Positions 29,080-39,267 of a DNA stretch of 64,000 nucleotides are shown here, one piece after another (within the stretch, counting starts at the first letter, position 1; every line of letters begins with the position of its first letter). The translations under genes and the position numbers were made by a program. Under the pieces are notes generated by a model. It was not told the DNA's origin and ran no database searches. It worked only from the letters and a program-made list of their open reading frames with translations. Source of the DNA: an uncultured delta proteobacterium (GTDB lineage Bacteria > Desulfobacterota > BSN033 > UBA1163); contig CAVPSJ010000012.1 of assembly GCA_963708295.1 (NCBI GenBank), forward strand, positions 128,001-192,000. Reading direction: 5' to 3'.

Positions 29080-30285
29080 ATGGATGGAGATACATTTCCC
29101 CATGAATGGATCGAGACTCTTCCGCGTCTGGAAGAGGCTGCCCGGATTCTGGGTCAGGCCAAAATCATTGGGGTTGACCTGGAAGCGGACTCCATGTACC
29201 ACTACTTCGAAAAGGTGTGCCTCCTGCAGATCGCTACGGAATCCGCCTCTTATGTCATGGATCCTTTGGCGCTAAGGGATCTTTCCGCTTTACACCCGGT
29301 TTTCTCCAATCCCCGCATTCGCAAGGTATTCCACGGGGCGGATTATGATATCCGTTCCCTGTACCGGGACTTTCGGATCGAGGTCGAGAACCTCTTCGAT
29401 ACGCAGTTGGCCTGCAAATTTCTGGGTCTCCGGGAGACCGGTCTGGAAGCGTTGCTGCGAAGCCGGTTCCATGTCGAGCTGAATAAGAAATATCAGCGGG
29501 CCGATTGGTCCCAAAGACCCCTTTCCCCGGAGATGGTGGATTACGCGGCGATGGACGGCAGGTACCTGATTCCCCTGGCCCGTATGCTGGAAAAGGAACT
29601 GGAAGAGAAGGGCCGGTTATCCTGGGTGGAGGAAGAATGCCTATTTCTGAGGAAGGTTCGATTCATGCGCCCCAGTCATGCCCCGCTTTACCTGAGAGTG
29701 AAAGGGGCTTTTCTCCTGGATCCCAGGAGTCTTGCGGTTCTGGAGGCTTTGCTGGAATTTCGAGAGGCCCAGGCCCAAAAGGCGGATCTTCCCCCCTTCA
29801 AGGTGCTCGGCAACGAACCCCTCCTGGAATTAGCTATGAAAAAACCTTTGAGCCTGGAAGAATTGGAAACAGAGAAAGTCCTGAGCCGGAAGCAAATCGA
29901 CAGATATGGGACAAACCTGCTGCAGGAAATTCACCGGGCCATGGCCCTTCCCGATGAAAATCTCCCGGTGTACCCCCGTGAAGCAAGGCCGGAGTTGTCA
30001 TGGCCGGTACGCCAAAGGGTCAAAGCGCTAAAAACATGGCGGGATATGCGGGCAAAAACGTTGGGGATGGAGCCTGGAATCCTTTTGAATAACGCCCTGA
30101 TCAATGACCTGGCTTTGAAAAACCCCCGGTCGATGAAAGAGATGGAATCGATTCCGGGCTTGAAAAAATGGCGGCAAAATCATTTCGGCCGGGAGATTCT
30201 GACTGTTCAAAAGACTCCGACTGCGCGGGCTGTTGCTCAAAAACCCAATTCAAAAATATCTGAACGTGTGAGTTTCGATGAATGA
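29080..30285 (+). CDS. rnd: Ribonuclease D (3'-5' exonuclease plus HRDC domains)
   Basis: VDLEADS, KVFHGADYD, FDTQ, DWSQRPL..YAAMD. Confidence 0.92.
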   Translation: MDGDTFPHEWIETLPRLEEAARILGQAKIIGVDLEADSMYHYFEKVCLLQIATESASYVMDPLALRDLSALHPVFSNPRIRKVFHGADYDIRSLYRDFRIEVENLFDTQLACKFLGLRETGLEALLRSRFHVELNKKYQRADWSQRPLSPEMVDYAAMDGRYLIPLARMLEKELEEKGRLSWVEEECLFLRKVRFMRPSHAPLYLRVKGAFLLDPRSLAVLEALLEFREAQAQKADLPPFKVLGNEPLLELAMKKPLSLEELETEKVLSRKQIDRYGTNLLQEIHRAMALPDENLPVYPREARPELSWPVRQRVKALKTWRDMRAKTLGMEPGILLNNALINDLALKNPRSMKEMESIPGLKKWRQNHFGREILTVQKTPTARAVAQKPNSKISERVSFDE

Positions 30286-30300
30286 TGGAGAGGAGGTTTC

Positions 30301-30435
30301 TGAGCATTCCAATCATTACTTCGCCGAATCCTCAATCTCCTTCACTCCTGGTTCACCGTTTTGTCACCTACTCGGAAAAGCTCTCCTCATTCCCGGCCCT
30401 TTAGGATGCCTTGTGAAGAGTGTAGCACTGACACC
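30301..30435 (-). mobile_element. RAYT C-terminal relic type 2, copy 2, with adjacent end motif
   Basis: Direct repeat of 23495-23592 carrying stop codons; GTGAAGAGTGTAGCACTGACACC at 30413-30435 matches the reverse complement of 55245-55267 at 20/23. Confidence 0.6.
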
Positions 30436-30566
30436 GGTGACCTTCTCGACCGCCCCACCCTATCCCGCCCATACGGCTCATGGAAGAGAACGCCATCCCA
30501 AGGGGGGCCGACGAAATCGGGCCCCCTCGGGAATGAGCGTGAAAACCCGGCATGTTTGCATCGTCT

Positions 30567-31485
30567 CTACACGAGCCGAGTGACGTCCTCGGCAACTTTG
30601 GGATAGCCCTGGTGCATGAGAACATCGTGCCCAGGAAAGATCAGATCGATGGCGGCTTTCGACTTCACCTTATCAAAGCTCTGTATCCAAGCGGGCATGT
30701 CCATGATGAAAACGCTCGGATTGTCTTCCCGATAGCCCCGAAAGACGTGGGCGCAGTCCGAACCCACGACCGCCGGCCCCTTGGCGGTGTTCACCCGGAC
30801 CACCTGCAGGCCCAGGGTGTGGCCGGGGGCGAGGAGGAGGTCTATCCCGGGCGCCAGGTTGACGTCACCGTCCACGATCACCAGGCGATCGGACCGCTCC
30901 AGATCGCCTACGATCTTGTTCGCCGTCGGATCAAAGATGACCACGACGGGTTTCCGCTGGGCACACGGGGTTCTTCACGCAGAAGTCGAACTCCCGCTTC
31001 TGGACGTAGAACTTGGCCTTCGGGAAGGCCCGAAGGTATCCCTCGATGTTGCCCACGTGATCCCAGTGCATGTGCGTGATGACCACCTTGCTCACGCTGT
31101 CCGCGGTGGCCCCGATGCGCGCCACCACGTCGATCGGATCCACGAACCCGGGGACTTTCCGCGCGGCCCCCTGAGCGGGGCTGGGGCCGGTATCCACCAG
31201 GGTGATCTCGCCGCCCTTCGCCTTGATGGCCCAGACATAGTAATTAATCGGGCCGTCCTCGTCCCAGCCGACGTTCCACAAGACGATGGCCACCTTGCGG
31301 ACGAGCGGACCGCCGTACTTCGCGGCGTAGATCTCGTACTCCGGCTCCGGCCCGGCCGCCTCGGCGAAGGGCTGGCGCCTGTTCAACCCTTTCGAGGCCG
31401 CCTCTAGGAGGACCGCCGCCCCCACCACCGTGGTCCCGGTCTTCAAGGACTTCTTCAAGAAATCTCGTCGGTTTAATGCAGCCAT
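30567..31485 (-). CDS. Tat-exported metallo-beta-lactamase-fold hydrolase (AHL-lactonase-like); apparent frameshift near 30962
   Basis: NRRDFLK, LVDTG, THMHWDHVG, then APGHT, GSD, FPGHD in the next frame. Confidence 0.85.
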
Positions 31486-31572
31486 TTTCTCCTCCCTTCG
31501 TGGTTGAAATGATAAGAACTCTCTTCAGGAGCAACAGCCCGTCAAGACCTGACACGGACTCCTCTTATTAAA

Positions 31573-32508
31573 TTAGGCCACACCCCGTCCCTGCGCCTTC
31601 AATTGTCCGGGTTTCAGGATCGCATAAGCAAGCCTCATGACAGGTGTGGATACGCCCAACTCCATTCCTAATTGCACAAGGATGCCGACCATCGATTCCA
31701 GCTCGCATCTTCGCCCCGCTTCAACATCACGCTGCATGGACGGCTTGAGGTTCGGCGGGCTCTCGTCGATGGAGGATAAAGTCCTTGCAACAATATCGGG
31801 TGCGAGGTTCACGCCCTTGGCGCGGGCCACCGCAGCTACCTCCCCCATCGCGTCTGCCAGGACGGCGTGCGTTTCTTGCACAGATCGGTACTCCCCAATC
31901 ATGACTCTCGTCAACGTGCCCATGGCACTTATGGATGCAATGAAGACAAATTTTGTCCAAAGGATTGTGGAAATGTTTTCAACGACCTCTACGGCAGCAC
32001 CGGTCTGTTTGAGAATCTGATGGATCGCCTGAACGCGCGGCGTCTGGCGTCCATCAAATTCACCCAAAATGATTCGACGGAATGGGCTGTACTGGCCGAT
32101 CACACCCGGTGCTTCGATCGCAGCGGAAAGCCACGTGACACCGCCCAACAGGTGTTCCTTGCCTACCGCCGCCCCGATACGATCAGCAGCATCCACGCCG
32201 TTCTGAAGCGGAAGAATCACCGTATTCGAAGCAACCAACGGCTTGATCGCCTGTGCTGCGTCGTCCGTTTGATAGGTCTTTGTCGTGAAAAGAATGAGTT
32301 CTACTGGACCGATGCTTTCAGGATTGTCAGTCGCTCGGGCGCCTGAAACAAGAAAGTCACCGTGTACGCTCTTAACCTGCAACCCTTTTCTACGAATCGC
32401 CTCCAAATGCGGGCCGCGCGCAATGAATGTAACATCTTGGCCGGAATGAGCGAGCAAGCCCCCGAAATAACCTCCCACTCCCCCGGTCCCCATGATCGCG
32501 ATCTTCAT
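31573..32508 (-). CDS. panE: 2-dehydropantoate 2-reductase family protein
   Basis: GTGGVGGYFG, PLQNG, LWTKF, SMQRD....E. Confidence 0.88.
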   Translation of the reverse strand: MKIAIMGTGGVGGYFGGLLAHSGQDVTFIARGPHLEAIRRKGLQVKSVHGDFLVSGARATDNPESIGPVELILFTTKTYQTDDAAQAIKPLVASNTVILPLQNGVDAADRIGAAVGKEHLLGGVTWLSAAIEAPGVIGQYSPFRRIILGEFDGRQTPRVQAIHQILKQTGAAVEVVENISTILWTKFVFIASISAMGTLTRVMIGEYRSVQETHAVLADAMGEVAAVARAKGVNLAPDIVARTLSSIDESPPNLKPSMQRDVEAGRRCELESMVGILVQLGMELGVSTPVMRLAYAILKPGQLKAQGRGVA

Positions 32509-32677
32509 AACCTCTCCTCCTGAGAATTCTTTTCAAGTGACCGGGCATCTCCCATCAGGGTCCAAAACCTTCATAGGAACACCGGAAGGCCATTCACGGT
32601 TTGGGGTTGTCCCTGTCAGGTCAATCCTATTCCGCACCCTTCGATCGCTCAAAATAATCTTGCTGCCACCGATGCCA

Positions 32678-33871
32678 TTAAACGACATGAATCTTCTGAG
32701 GCGTCTCGTGCAAGCACTCGGGCGGACCGCTTTTGGGCACCAGATAGTTTTCACAAACCTGGACATAGGCCTTCTGAGAGATGACACAGGGGTGAACTGC
32801 CATATTCATAGCCGCTTGAATCTTGATCGTTTCCCCTGGATTAAGCGAAGGCCTTTCGACCAAATCGTATCCTTGCCCATGGGCGAATAGCCGTCCTTCT
32901 TTCTCAAAACCTCTGCTGCTTAAAAAGTCATTATTCGCATTCCAAAGGTCAATCGGATCTGCCCCCGGCTTCAGAAGCTTCAGAATGAGCCGTTGGGCCT
33001 CCTGAGCAACCTCAAATTGCTCTTGCAATTCCGGAGAGACCCTCCCGAGGCCGAACACGCAAAAGAGATGGGCATAAAAACCGCTCGGACCATTTGACTC
33101 GATGAGCAAATTGAATTGATCACCCTCCTCGATCATTCGGTTCCCCAGGAAACTATCGAACAAGCGGCCCCGGGTGCCGTAGGGGAAGGAACCCCCGATC
33201 ACCAGCTGTTGCGTACTTCCCATTTCCATGCACTTGGCCTTCACCTGCCCAAATATTTCGAAATCCCTTCTCCCGGGCTGGATTCTGGGCAGGATGTCTT
33301 TGAAGGCGGCGTCCTGGATCTGGCAGGTCTCCCTGATCAGCCGGATTTCCTCCTCACTCTTGATCGCTTTGATTTCATCCACCCAGTCGGTTGCATTTTC
33401 AAATTCTGCGAAAGTAAGGTGTTCTGTGACGTATTTATAAAAAGAGGCCGACATGGAGCCCAGGTTCACCAAGCCAATCCGGCATTTCCCAAAAGGGGAC
33501 AACTCCTCAACCACCTTTTCCGCATCCCAGTGGCTGGTATATTCCAGTATGGGCAGGAGAGGGATGCTGATCCGCTTCTTGACGCCTCGCAGAACCCACG
33601 CTGGCGGAGTGGGCTCAGCGGGCGCCCGGGTCCCGTGCCAGACGGTCGTCATCTCATCGTTCCGCGGAAAAATGACGGAGACCGGATACTGGTGAACCGC
33701 AGGCATATCCGTGAACCATTTGACATACCCGCCAAAATAGTCCGTGCTGTTCTGGATCAACAAAAAGTCGATCTTCCTTTCGGTCATGGCGAGACGTACC
33801 GCCTTCCATCTTCTTTCAAGCTCGTTCGTTGATATTCTTTTGATGATCCTTGCTTCTGCTTCGTCGTGCAT
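32678..33871 (-). CDS. M24 (Xaa-Pro peptidase/creatinase) family hydrolase
   Basis: IKSEEEI, AHGQGYDLVERP, AVHP. Confidence 0.85.
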   Translation of the reverse strand: MHDEAEARIIKRISTNELERRWKAVRLAMTERKIDFLLIQNSTDYFGGYVKWFTDMPAVHQYPVSVIFPRNDEMTTVWHGTRAPAEPTPPAWVLRGVKKRISIPLLPILEYTSHWDAEKVVEELSPFGKCRIGLVNLGSMSASFYKYVTEHLTFAEFENATDWVDEIKAIKSEEEIRLIRETCQIQDAAFKDILPRIQPGRRDFEIFGQVKAKCMEMGSTQQLVIGGSFPYGTRGRLFDSFLGNRMIEEGDQFNLLIESNGPSGFYAHLFCVFGLGRVSPELQEQFEVAQEAQRLILKLLKPGADPIDLWNANNDFLSSRGFEKEGRLFAHGQGYDLVERPSLNPGETIKIQAAMNMAVHPCVISQKAYVQVCENYLVPKSGPPECLHETPQKIHVV

Positions 33872-33936
33872 CCTCGTCCTCCTTCGTGGCGATCTCTTTC
33901 AAAACAAACACAGAGAGATTTCTCGACTCAGGTTGT

Positions 33937-35238
33937 TTATCCCATGACACGGGGCAGAAACAAGGCAATTTCCGGAAAGGCAATAATCAGGCCTACCAAT
34001 ATTGCCATCGCGATCGCGTAGGGCCATATCCCCGAGTAGATCTCAAACATGGGCACCTCCTTCACCATTCCCGCCATGACAAAGACGTTCATTCCAACCG
34101 GAGGCATGATCATGCCCATCTGCATCATAATCACGGTGATCACCCCAAACCAGAGCGGGTGAAACCCCAGAGCGATCACTGTCGGGTAAACAGCAGGCAC
34201 GATAATCAGCATCATGGCCCAATCATCCATCAGGGCACCCAAAATAGCGTACAGGATGACGATGGCAATGATAATACCGACAGCGGGAACAGGGAGACCT
34301 GTGCAGAAATCTGCCAGTGCGGCAGTCAGACCGCTCAATGTCAACAAGTAATTAAACAGCATGGCTCCAATGACCATGATAAAGATCATGCCGGTGGTTC
34401 GGAGCGTGTTTTGCACACAGCGCTTGACTCCCCCGATCGTCAACCGTTTCCGGATTAAGGCGATGAGGAAGGCTGCGAGAACGCCTACGCCGGCCGCCTC
34501 CGTGGCATTGAATATTCCAGAATATATCCCCCCCATCACCAATCCGAATAGGATCACCACCGACCAGAGATCCTTGAGTGAAACAATCCGTTCGCGCCAG
34601 CTCACAGGAAGACCCGGAGGACCCAGCTTTGGATTGCGTCTGCACCAGATATAGGTGAGAGACCAGAAGAAAACCGTCAGAAGAAGTCCGGGTATAATCC
34701 CTGCTGTAAAAAGCTTACCGATGGATTGTTCCGTCATGATCCCATAAAGGACAAAGGCATTGCTGGGCGGAATCAGAATGCCCATCGTCCCGCCGGCCGC
34801 AATGCACCCTAAGGACATGCTGTTGGCGTAACCGCGCGCTTTCATCTCCGGATAGGCGATGGAGACCATAATCACTGCGCCCGCGATACTCGATCCCTGA
34901 ACCGCGGCGAAGGCAGCGCAAGCCCCTATGGTCGCCATGGCCAGGCCTCCGGGCAGATGCCCCAGCCACTTATTCACCGTCCGATAAGCGTCCAGGCTCA
35001 ACTCTGAAAGAAACGCAAACTCGCCCATGAGCATATAAAGCGGGATGACAGACATCATGTAGGTAGACGCTTGCGTCAACGCCGTTTGAGCCAGAATGCT
35101 AAATGCCGACTCGATGCCGTTCAGAATAGCGACACCCACAAATGCCGTGAGACCCATTGTGATGCCGATGTGCATGCGCAACACCATGAGGACAAACATG
35201 GCAATGACACAGATCATTCCAATCTGCCACTCTTCCAT
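33937..35238 (-). CDS. dctM: TRAP transporter large permease
   Basis: AAGGTMGILIPPS, GIIPG, PPVGMNVF. Confidence 0.93.
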   Translation of the reverse strand: MEEWQIGMICVIAMFVLMVLRMHIGITMGLTAFVGVAILNGIESAFSILAQTALTQASTYMMSVIPLYMLMGEFAFLSELSLDAYRTVNKWLGHLPGGLAMATIGACAAFAAVQGSSIAGAVIMVSIAYPEMKARGYANSMSLGCIAAGGTMGILIPPSNAFVLYGIMTEQSIGKLFTAGIIPGLLLTVFFWSLTYIWCRRNPKLGPPGLPVSWRERIVSLKDLWSVVILFGLVMGGIYSGIFNATEAAGVGVLAAFLIALIRKRLTIGGVKRCVQNTLRTTGMIFIMVIGAMLFNYLLTLSGLTAALADFCTGLPVPAVGIIIAIVILYAILGALMDDWAMMLIIVPAVYPTVIALGFHPLWFGVITVIMMQMGMIMPPVGMNVFVMAGMVKEVPMFEIYSGIWPYAIAMAILVGLIIAFPEIALFLPRVMG

Positions 35239-35242
35239 CTAT

Positions 35243-35773
35243 TTACTCCAATTCCTTCTTCTCGCCATTTCCAGAGTCAAGGGGTGAGAAAGCATTCAAC
35301 AAGAGCTCGAGGCCAAACATGACCATCCCGATGGCCATAACGAAGACAACGGGCGCAATCGGCAGATGAAGAACGTCCGTCACTCGGAATATCGGCTGGG
35401 TATGTTCTACGGCCAGTACCCACGACCGCCAGCCCATGAGGAACATGAACGCAGCCGCGGCAAAATACATCACACTCATCAAAATCCCCCGGATGCGTCG
35501 GGGAAAATGATCAACGACCTCGTTCATGGTGACATGCCCTTTCCTGACCTCGGTGTAGGCGAGCGAAAAATAGACAATGACCACGAGCAACAGCTGGACA
35601 ATCTCCACCGAGCCCCTTAAGGGCATCCTGAAGACATAGCGGCCCAGGACATTCACGATCACCGCCAGGGCCGCCAGGCCGAGGGCAAGCTCTGCAATCC
35701 AGAGAACACCCTGAATCAGGGCGTGTAACCCTTTCCTGACGGTCCACAAGACTCTGGATGGCACAGTATTCAC
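35243..35773 (-). CDS. dctQ: TRAP transporter small permease
   Basis: NVLGRY...P..G..E, GHV; four TM; between dctP and dctM. Confidence 0.9.
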   Translation of the reverse strand: MNTVPSRVLWTVRKGLHALIQGVLWIAELALGLAALAVIVNVLGRYVFRMPLRGSVEIVQLLLVVIVYFSLAYTEVRKGHVTMNEVVDHFPRRIRGILMSVMYFAAAAFMFLMGWRSWVLAVEHTQPIFRVTDVLHLPIAPVVFVMAIGMVMFGLELLLNAFSPLDSGNGEKKELE

Positions 35774-35874
35774 CTCCCTATCACCGATCGCCTTGATAAA
35801 GACGGGAGTCTTCTCTACTCAGCAATAGTTCTCATGGAGCCAATGGATCGGAGCAAATTAAAAAAATTAATCGA

Positions 35875-35911
35875 GAGTGAAGCCCCCTTCCTACAACAGG
35901 GGGCTTCACTC
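35875..35911 (-). terminator. Strong stem-loop after dctP (attenuator or mRNA stabiliser)
   Basis: GAGTGAAGCCCCCT, 9-nt loop, AGGGGGCTTCACTC (14-bp perfect stem). Confidence 0.65.
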
Positions 35912-35929
35912 GAAAGGAAGTAAGGAGCT

Positions 35930-37030
35930 CTATTTCTTTGATTTTAACTGAAGGATGTCATTGTACATCTGTGACCCCGGAAGCCCAGCGCCGTCCATCT
36001 CTTTCACCCATTCCATTTCCACCGGCTTTACTGCGTCAATCCATCGCTGTTTCTCGGCGGGCGACAGTTCGATCAACTCCATCCCGGCCTTTTTCCCTGC
36101 TTCGATCCCCACATCGACGTTGCTTCGATAGCTATTCGCTTGTCTCTCCAGCGCCCAAGGGACCAAATCCGCAATGATCTTCTGATCCGCAGGGGGAAGC
36201 TTGTCCCAGGCCGCTTGTCTCATCGCCGTAAAGTTTGTTGCTGAGCCGAAATCAATTTTTGTCCCATATCTGACGACCTCCGACAGCCGGAACCCTGCAA
36301 GAGAATCAAAAGGGTAAAGCATACCGTCAACCACCTTTTTTTCCAGGGAGGTGTAGAGGTCATGAGACTGGATCGTCTCACCGGAGCTTCCTAAGGCTCG
36401 TAGCACGAGGGGTGGCGTTTTTCCTCCACCAAATCCGATGATCTTACCTTTCATATCTTCCAGTTTCCTCACCGGTTTTGCCGCCATCAACAGATTATTG
36501 AGTCCGAAGCGGCCCGTGTACAGTATCTTTACATCCTTAAAGTATCGGGGGATGAGATATTTCTCGTAGACCATCGTACGAATAGCAGTGCAGGTCGGAT
36601 CGCCGACATCTCCCGGGACAAGGGCTGGAAGGTGAAAGACGCTCTCAAGGGGAAAGCGCCCGGTCTGAAATCCAGGGATAATCCATGCCAAATCGGTGGT
36701 TCCCTTTACAAGTGCGTCATACAGCTCGCCTACCTTGCCCAGCTGACCATCGGCGTAAACCGTCACCTGAACTCGCCCTTCCGTTCGTTTCGTGATCTCC
36801 GCCGCAAGAGGTGCGATCACGTTCTTGTAGTTGTGATGAAGGGTAGGAAGATGGGTCGCAAATTTCAATTTGACGGGTTGCACCGAGGCTTGGGCTGATG
36901 CCGAGGCAGGGGACAGGAATGTGGTTACAGCAGAAGATAGCGATGTCGGAGGGGTTGATGATCCAAGACCCGTGAACACGACGCCGACCAATACTACCAT
37001 GCATATCAAACCTAAACTTACCTGTTTCAT
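35930..37030 (-). CDS. dctP: TRAP transporter substrate-binding protein
   Basis: TEGRVQV..Y..GQLG, GRFPL, LED.KG, LYTSLEK.VVDG. Confidence 0.92.
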   Translation of the reverse strand: MKQVSLGLICMVVLVGVVFTGLGSSTPPTSLSSAVTTFLSPASASAQASVQPVKLKFATHLPTLHHNYKNVIAPLAAEITKRTEGRVQVTVYADGQLGKVGELYDALVKGTTDLAWIIPGFQTGRFPLESVFHLPALVPGDVGDPTCTAIRTMVYEKYLIPRYFKDVKILYTGRFGLNNLLMAAKPVRKLEDMKGKIIGFGGGKTPPLVLRALGSSGETIQSHDLYTSLEKKVVDGMLYPFDSLAGFRLSEVVRYGTKIDFGSATNFTAMRQAAWDKLPPADQKIIADLVPWALERQANSYRSNVDVGIEAGKKAGMELIELSPAEKQRWIDAVKPVEMEWVKEMDGAGLPGSQMYNDILQLKSKK

Positions 37031-37188
37031 CGCGAATTGCCTCCTTCGGAAGATTTAAAATTTGGATTCCTATATTCCGCTTTGATCACCTGACCGGACA
37101 GTAGAGCGACGTATCACAGACAAGAAAAAATGTCAAGCTGCTAAAAACATGGCCGCCATAGAACGTAAGCTTTTTTAGTGAAATGGAG

Positions 37189-37463
37189 TAGGTATCAGGT
37201 CTACACGATTCACTCAATATTCTCTTGAGGTTATTACCTTTTTCTGATAGCTTCGGAACCTCTTTTAATCTCTCTTCGAGCCTTCGCGTATTCTGTGTTG
37301 CAACCCTTACGCCCCCCGATCACTTCATCTCCGTTTCTCCCCATCTTGGTCTTCATGGAGGTCTGGGAGTCAATAACCTAACGAACCCAATAACTCAATC
37401 AACGATTATTTGGTCAAGATTTTTGATGGATGCTACCTGCGAAGAGCGCAGACCCGATACCTA
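37189..37463. repeat. About 270-bp non-coding segment bounded by inverted TAGGTATC(A/G)GGTCT motifs (REPIN-like)
   Basis: TAGGTATCAGGTCT (37189-37202) and AGACCCGATACCTA (37450-37463), 13/14 complementary. Confidence 0.55.
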
Positions 37464-37487
37464 TTGCTCTTCGAGGTTTGAAGTCTG

Positions 37488-37862
37488 TCAGTACCTCACC
37501 CGGGTCGACTCGGTGAGCTTGCCATCCCTGTTAAATCTCAGGCGCAGGTATTCTCCGCGGGGCGGAGGTGACACGGAAGTTCCCACCCCGACCCCCGAGG
37601 ACGAATGATGGCCATAACCCGCGCCGCCTAAGCCAAAACCGAAGGAGATCATTGGGCTTCGTCGAAGCACCCACTCTGCGATCACGCCCTCGCTCATTTC
37701 GCCTATCACGTTGGGTTCCCCCAACTCGGCCAGAGCTTCCTCGTAGGTGTACGTTCCGAGGCGGCTCCCCCAATCGATGTTCTTGATATTGGCTTTCGGG
37801 CCGGAGGCACAGCTTCCAGTCAGAAGGACCAGCACAATGAATGATGACCGTAATAATTTCAT
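37488..37862 (-). CDS. Hypothetical lipoprotein
   Basis: Hydrophobic signal ending TGSC; Gly-rich internal segment. Confidence 0.7.
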   Translation of the reverse strand: MKLLRSSFIVLVLLTGSCASGPKANIKNIDWGSRLGTYTYEEALAELGEPNVIGEMSEGVIAEWVLRRSPMISFGFGLGGAGYGHHSSSGVGVGTSVSPPPRGEYLRLRFNRDGKLTESTRVRY

Positions 37863-37937
37863 AACGAATGATAGAGGTGAGACTCAACCTTCTGGCCGAC
37901 GATCGTCCTCTTGGTCCGACCCGAGCCCCGCTCAAGC

Positions 37938-38060
37938 CTATACGCTCTCTTTCACCAATGCCAAGAAGGCTGAAGCTTTCATGATCCTAATCCCCTCAAA
38001 GACTTTCAGGTCTTTAAGAGGGTGGTCGCCGGAGACAATGAAATCCGCCTTTAATGATAT
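37938..38060 (-). pseudogene. C-terminal fragment of a PIN-domain toxin
   Basis: Hand translation LKADFIVSGDHPLKDLKVFEGIRIMKASAFL resembles the ADxIVSGDxxLLxL...GIxI C-terminus; no 5' part. Confidence 0.6.
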
Positions 38061-38158
38061 CAGATGGAAGGAGGCAGTCAAGGGGGCCCCTGACAAAAGA
38101 AATCACTCTCTTTTTGGATGAGGACAACGCCGCAGATGGGCGTTTTTCAACAGCCTGC

Positions 38159-38380
38159 TTATCCTTGACCTGGCTCCATTCGCCTCTTCAACCTTTCAAT
38201 TCGTGCCGACAGATTACGGTCTTCCTTCTGAAGTGCCGAAAGTCTCTTCCGCATCACACTCACCGCGCTATAGTCAATGCCCATTAACTCTCCGATGTCC
38301 CTTTGATCCACCCCCCCGTCGCGATACAACGTAATCGACACTGCCGGTTCTTTCCCTGTCTCACGTCAAGACCTGATACT
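38159..38380 (-). mobile_element. RAYT C-terminal relic type 1 with end motif GTCAAGACCTGA(C/T)AC, most complete copy
   Basis: LYRDGGVDQRDIGELMGIDYSAVSVMRKRL...; segments repeated at 40834-40898, 44592-44662, 45246-45300 and 49296-49639. Confidence 0.7.
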
Positions 38381-38709
38381 GGCTCTGGCTTCTCCTATCC
38401 GGGTCACGTTATTGACAATCCGATGGGATCGGGTTAAAAAAGATATGTACCACATTGTAGTATGCTTGAACTTACACTCCTTCCAAAAGCATCAACTCTT
38501 TCGAGCGGGGGATGGAATGCGGTCATTTTCAACTGGCGACCGAGTTGCCCAGGGATGAAAATTCGACCCATCCGCCTTTTTGGGGAACCGAGAAGGAAAC
38601 GATCCTATTCACATACAGGAAAGACATTTCAGAATATCCTTTGCTTCGAACCCTTTTGCTCCAAGTCAAAGCGACAGATCCAACATATAGGAAAAAAGGA
38701 GGATCAACG

Positions 38710-39267
38710 ATGAAACCAGGGGTGTATTCTTTCGCGGGGGTGTTGCTATCTTTTGCCCTTGTCGTATCCGCCGTTGCCGGCGACAAAGTAAAAATCACCA
38801 ATTTCCACGGCACAGACAAGCTGTTGGCGGAGGCATTCGAGAAGCACGGCAAGTATTTTGCCAATGCCACCATCACTTCTGCGACGGCGGATGCCGCAGG
38901 CAGAGTCACCGTCAATTTCAGTGTCAGAGATCGCGCCGGGAATGGGGTCGTCGGCATCAAGGGCGTCAGCTTCAGCTTGGCCAAGCTCATTCCGGCTGTG
39001 AGGGGTGAGAGTTTCAACAAATGGGTTCCGTATATCTGGCGGTCGGAGGTGGTCCGTGGGTCCGCCACCGGCCACTGGCCGAATCCCGATGGAACGGCTG
39101 CTGACCAGGCCGATCGCGAGAGCAAAGGTACTTTAACCGATAACAAGAATGGCTCGTACCGATACGTGTTTGCCACCAACCTTTCCAAAATTAGGACTCC
39201 CGTTGCGGGGACAGCGATTTCATACAAGCAACCGATTTCAGCGTCACCTTTCAGCTTTGACCTTTGA
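38710..39267 (+). pseudogene. Truncated OmcA/MtrC-family decaheme cytochrome (heme-free N-terminal domain only)
   Basis: Signal peptide, VTVNFSV.D..G, FSLAKL.P, WVPYI, GTLTDNKNGSYRYVF; ends in a tandem-repeat tract with no CxxCH. Confidence 0.7.

Noticed and set aside
38400-38709. c-di-GMP riboswitch ahead of the OmcA/MtrC relic
   Set aside because: No GGCAAA...GAAA...GACGCAAA class I pattern visible.
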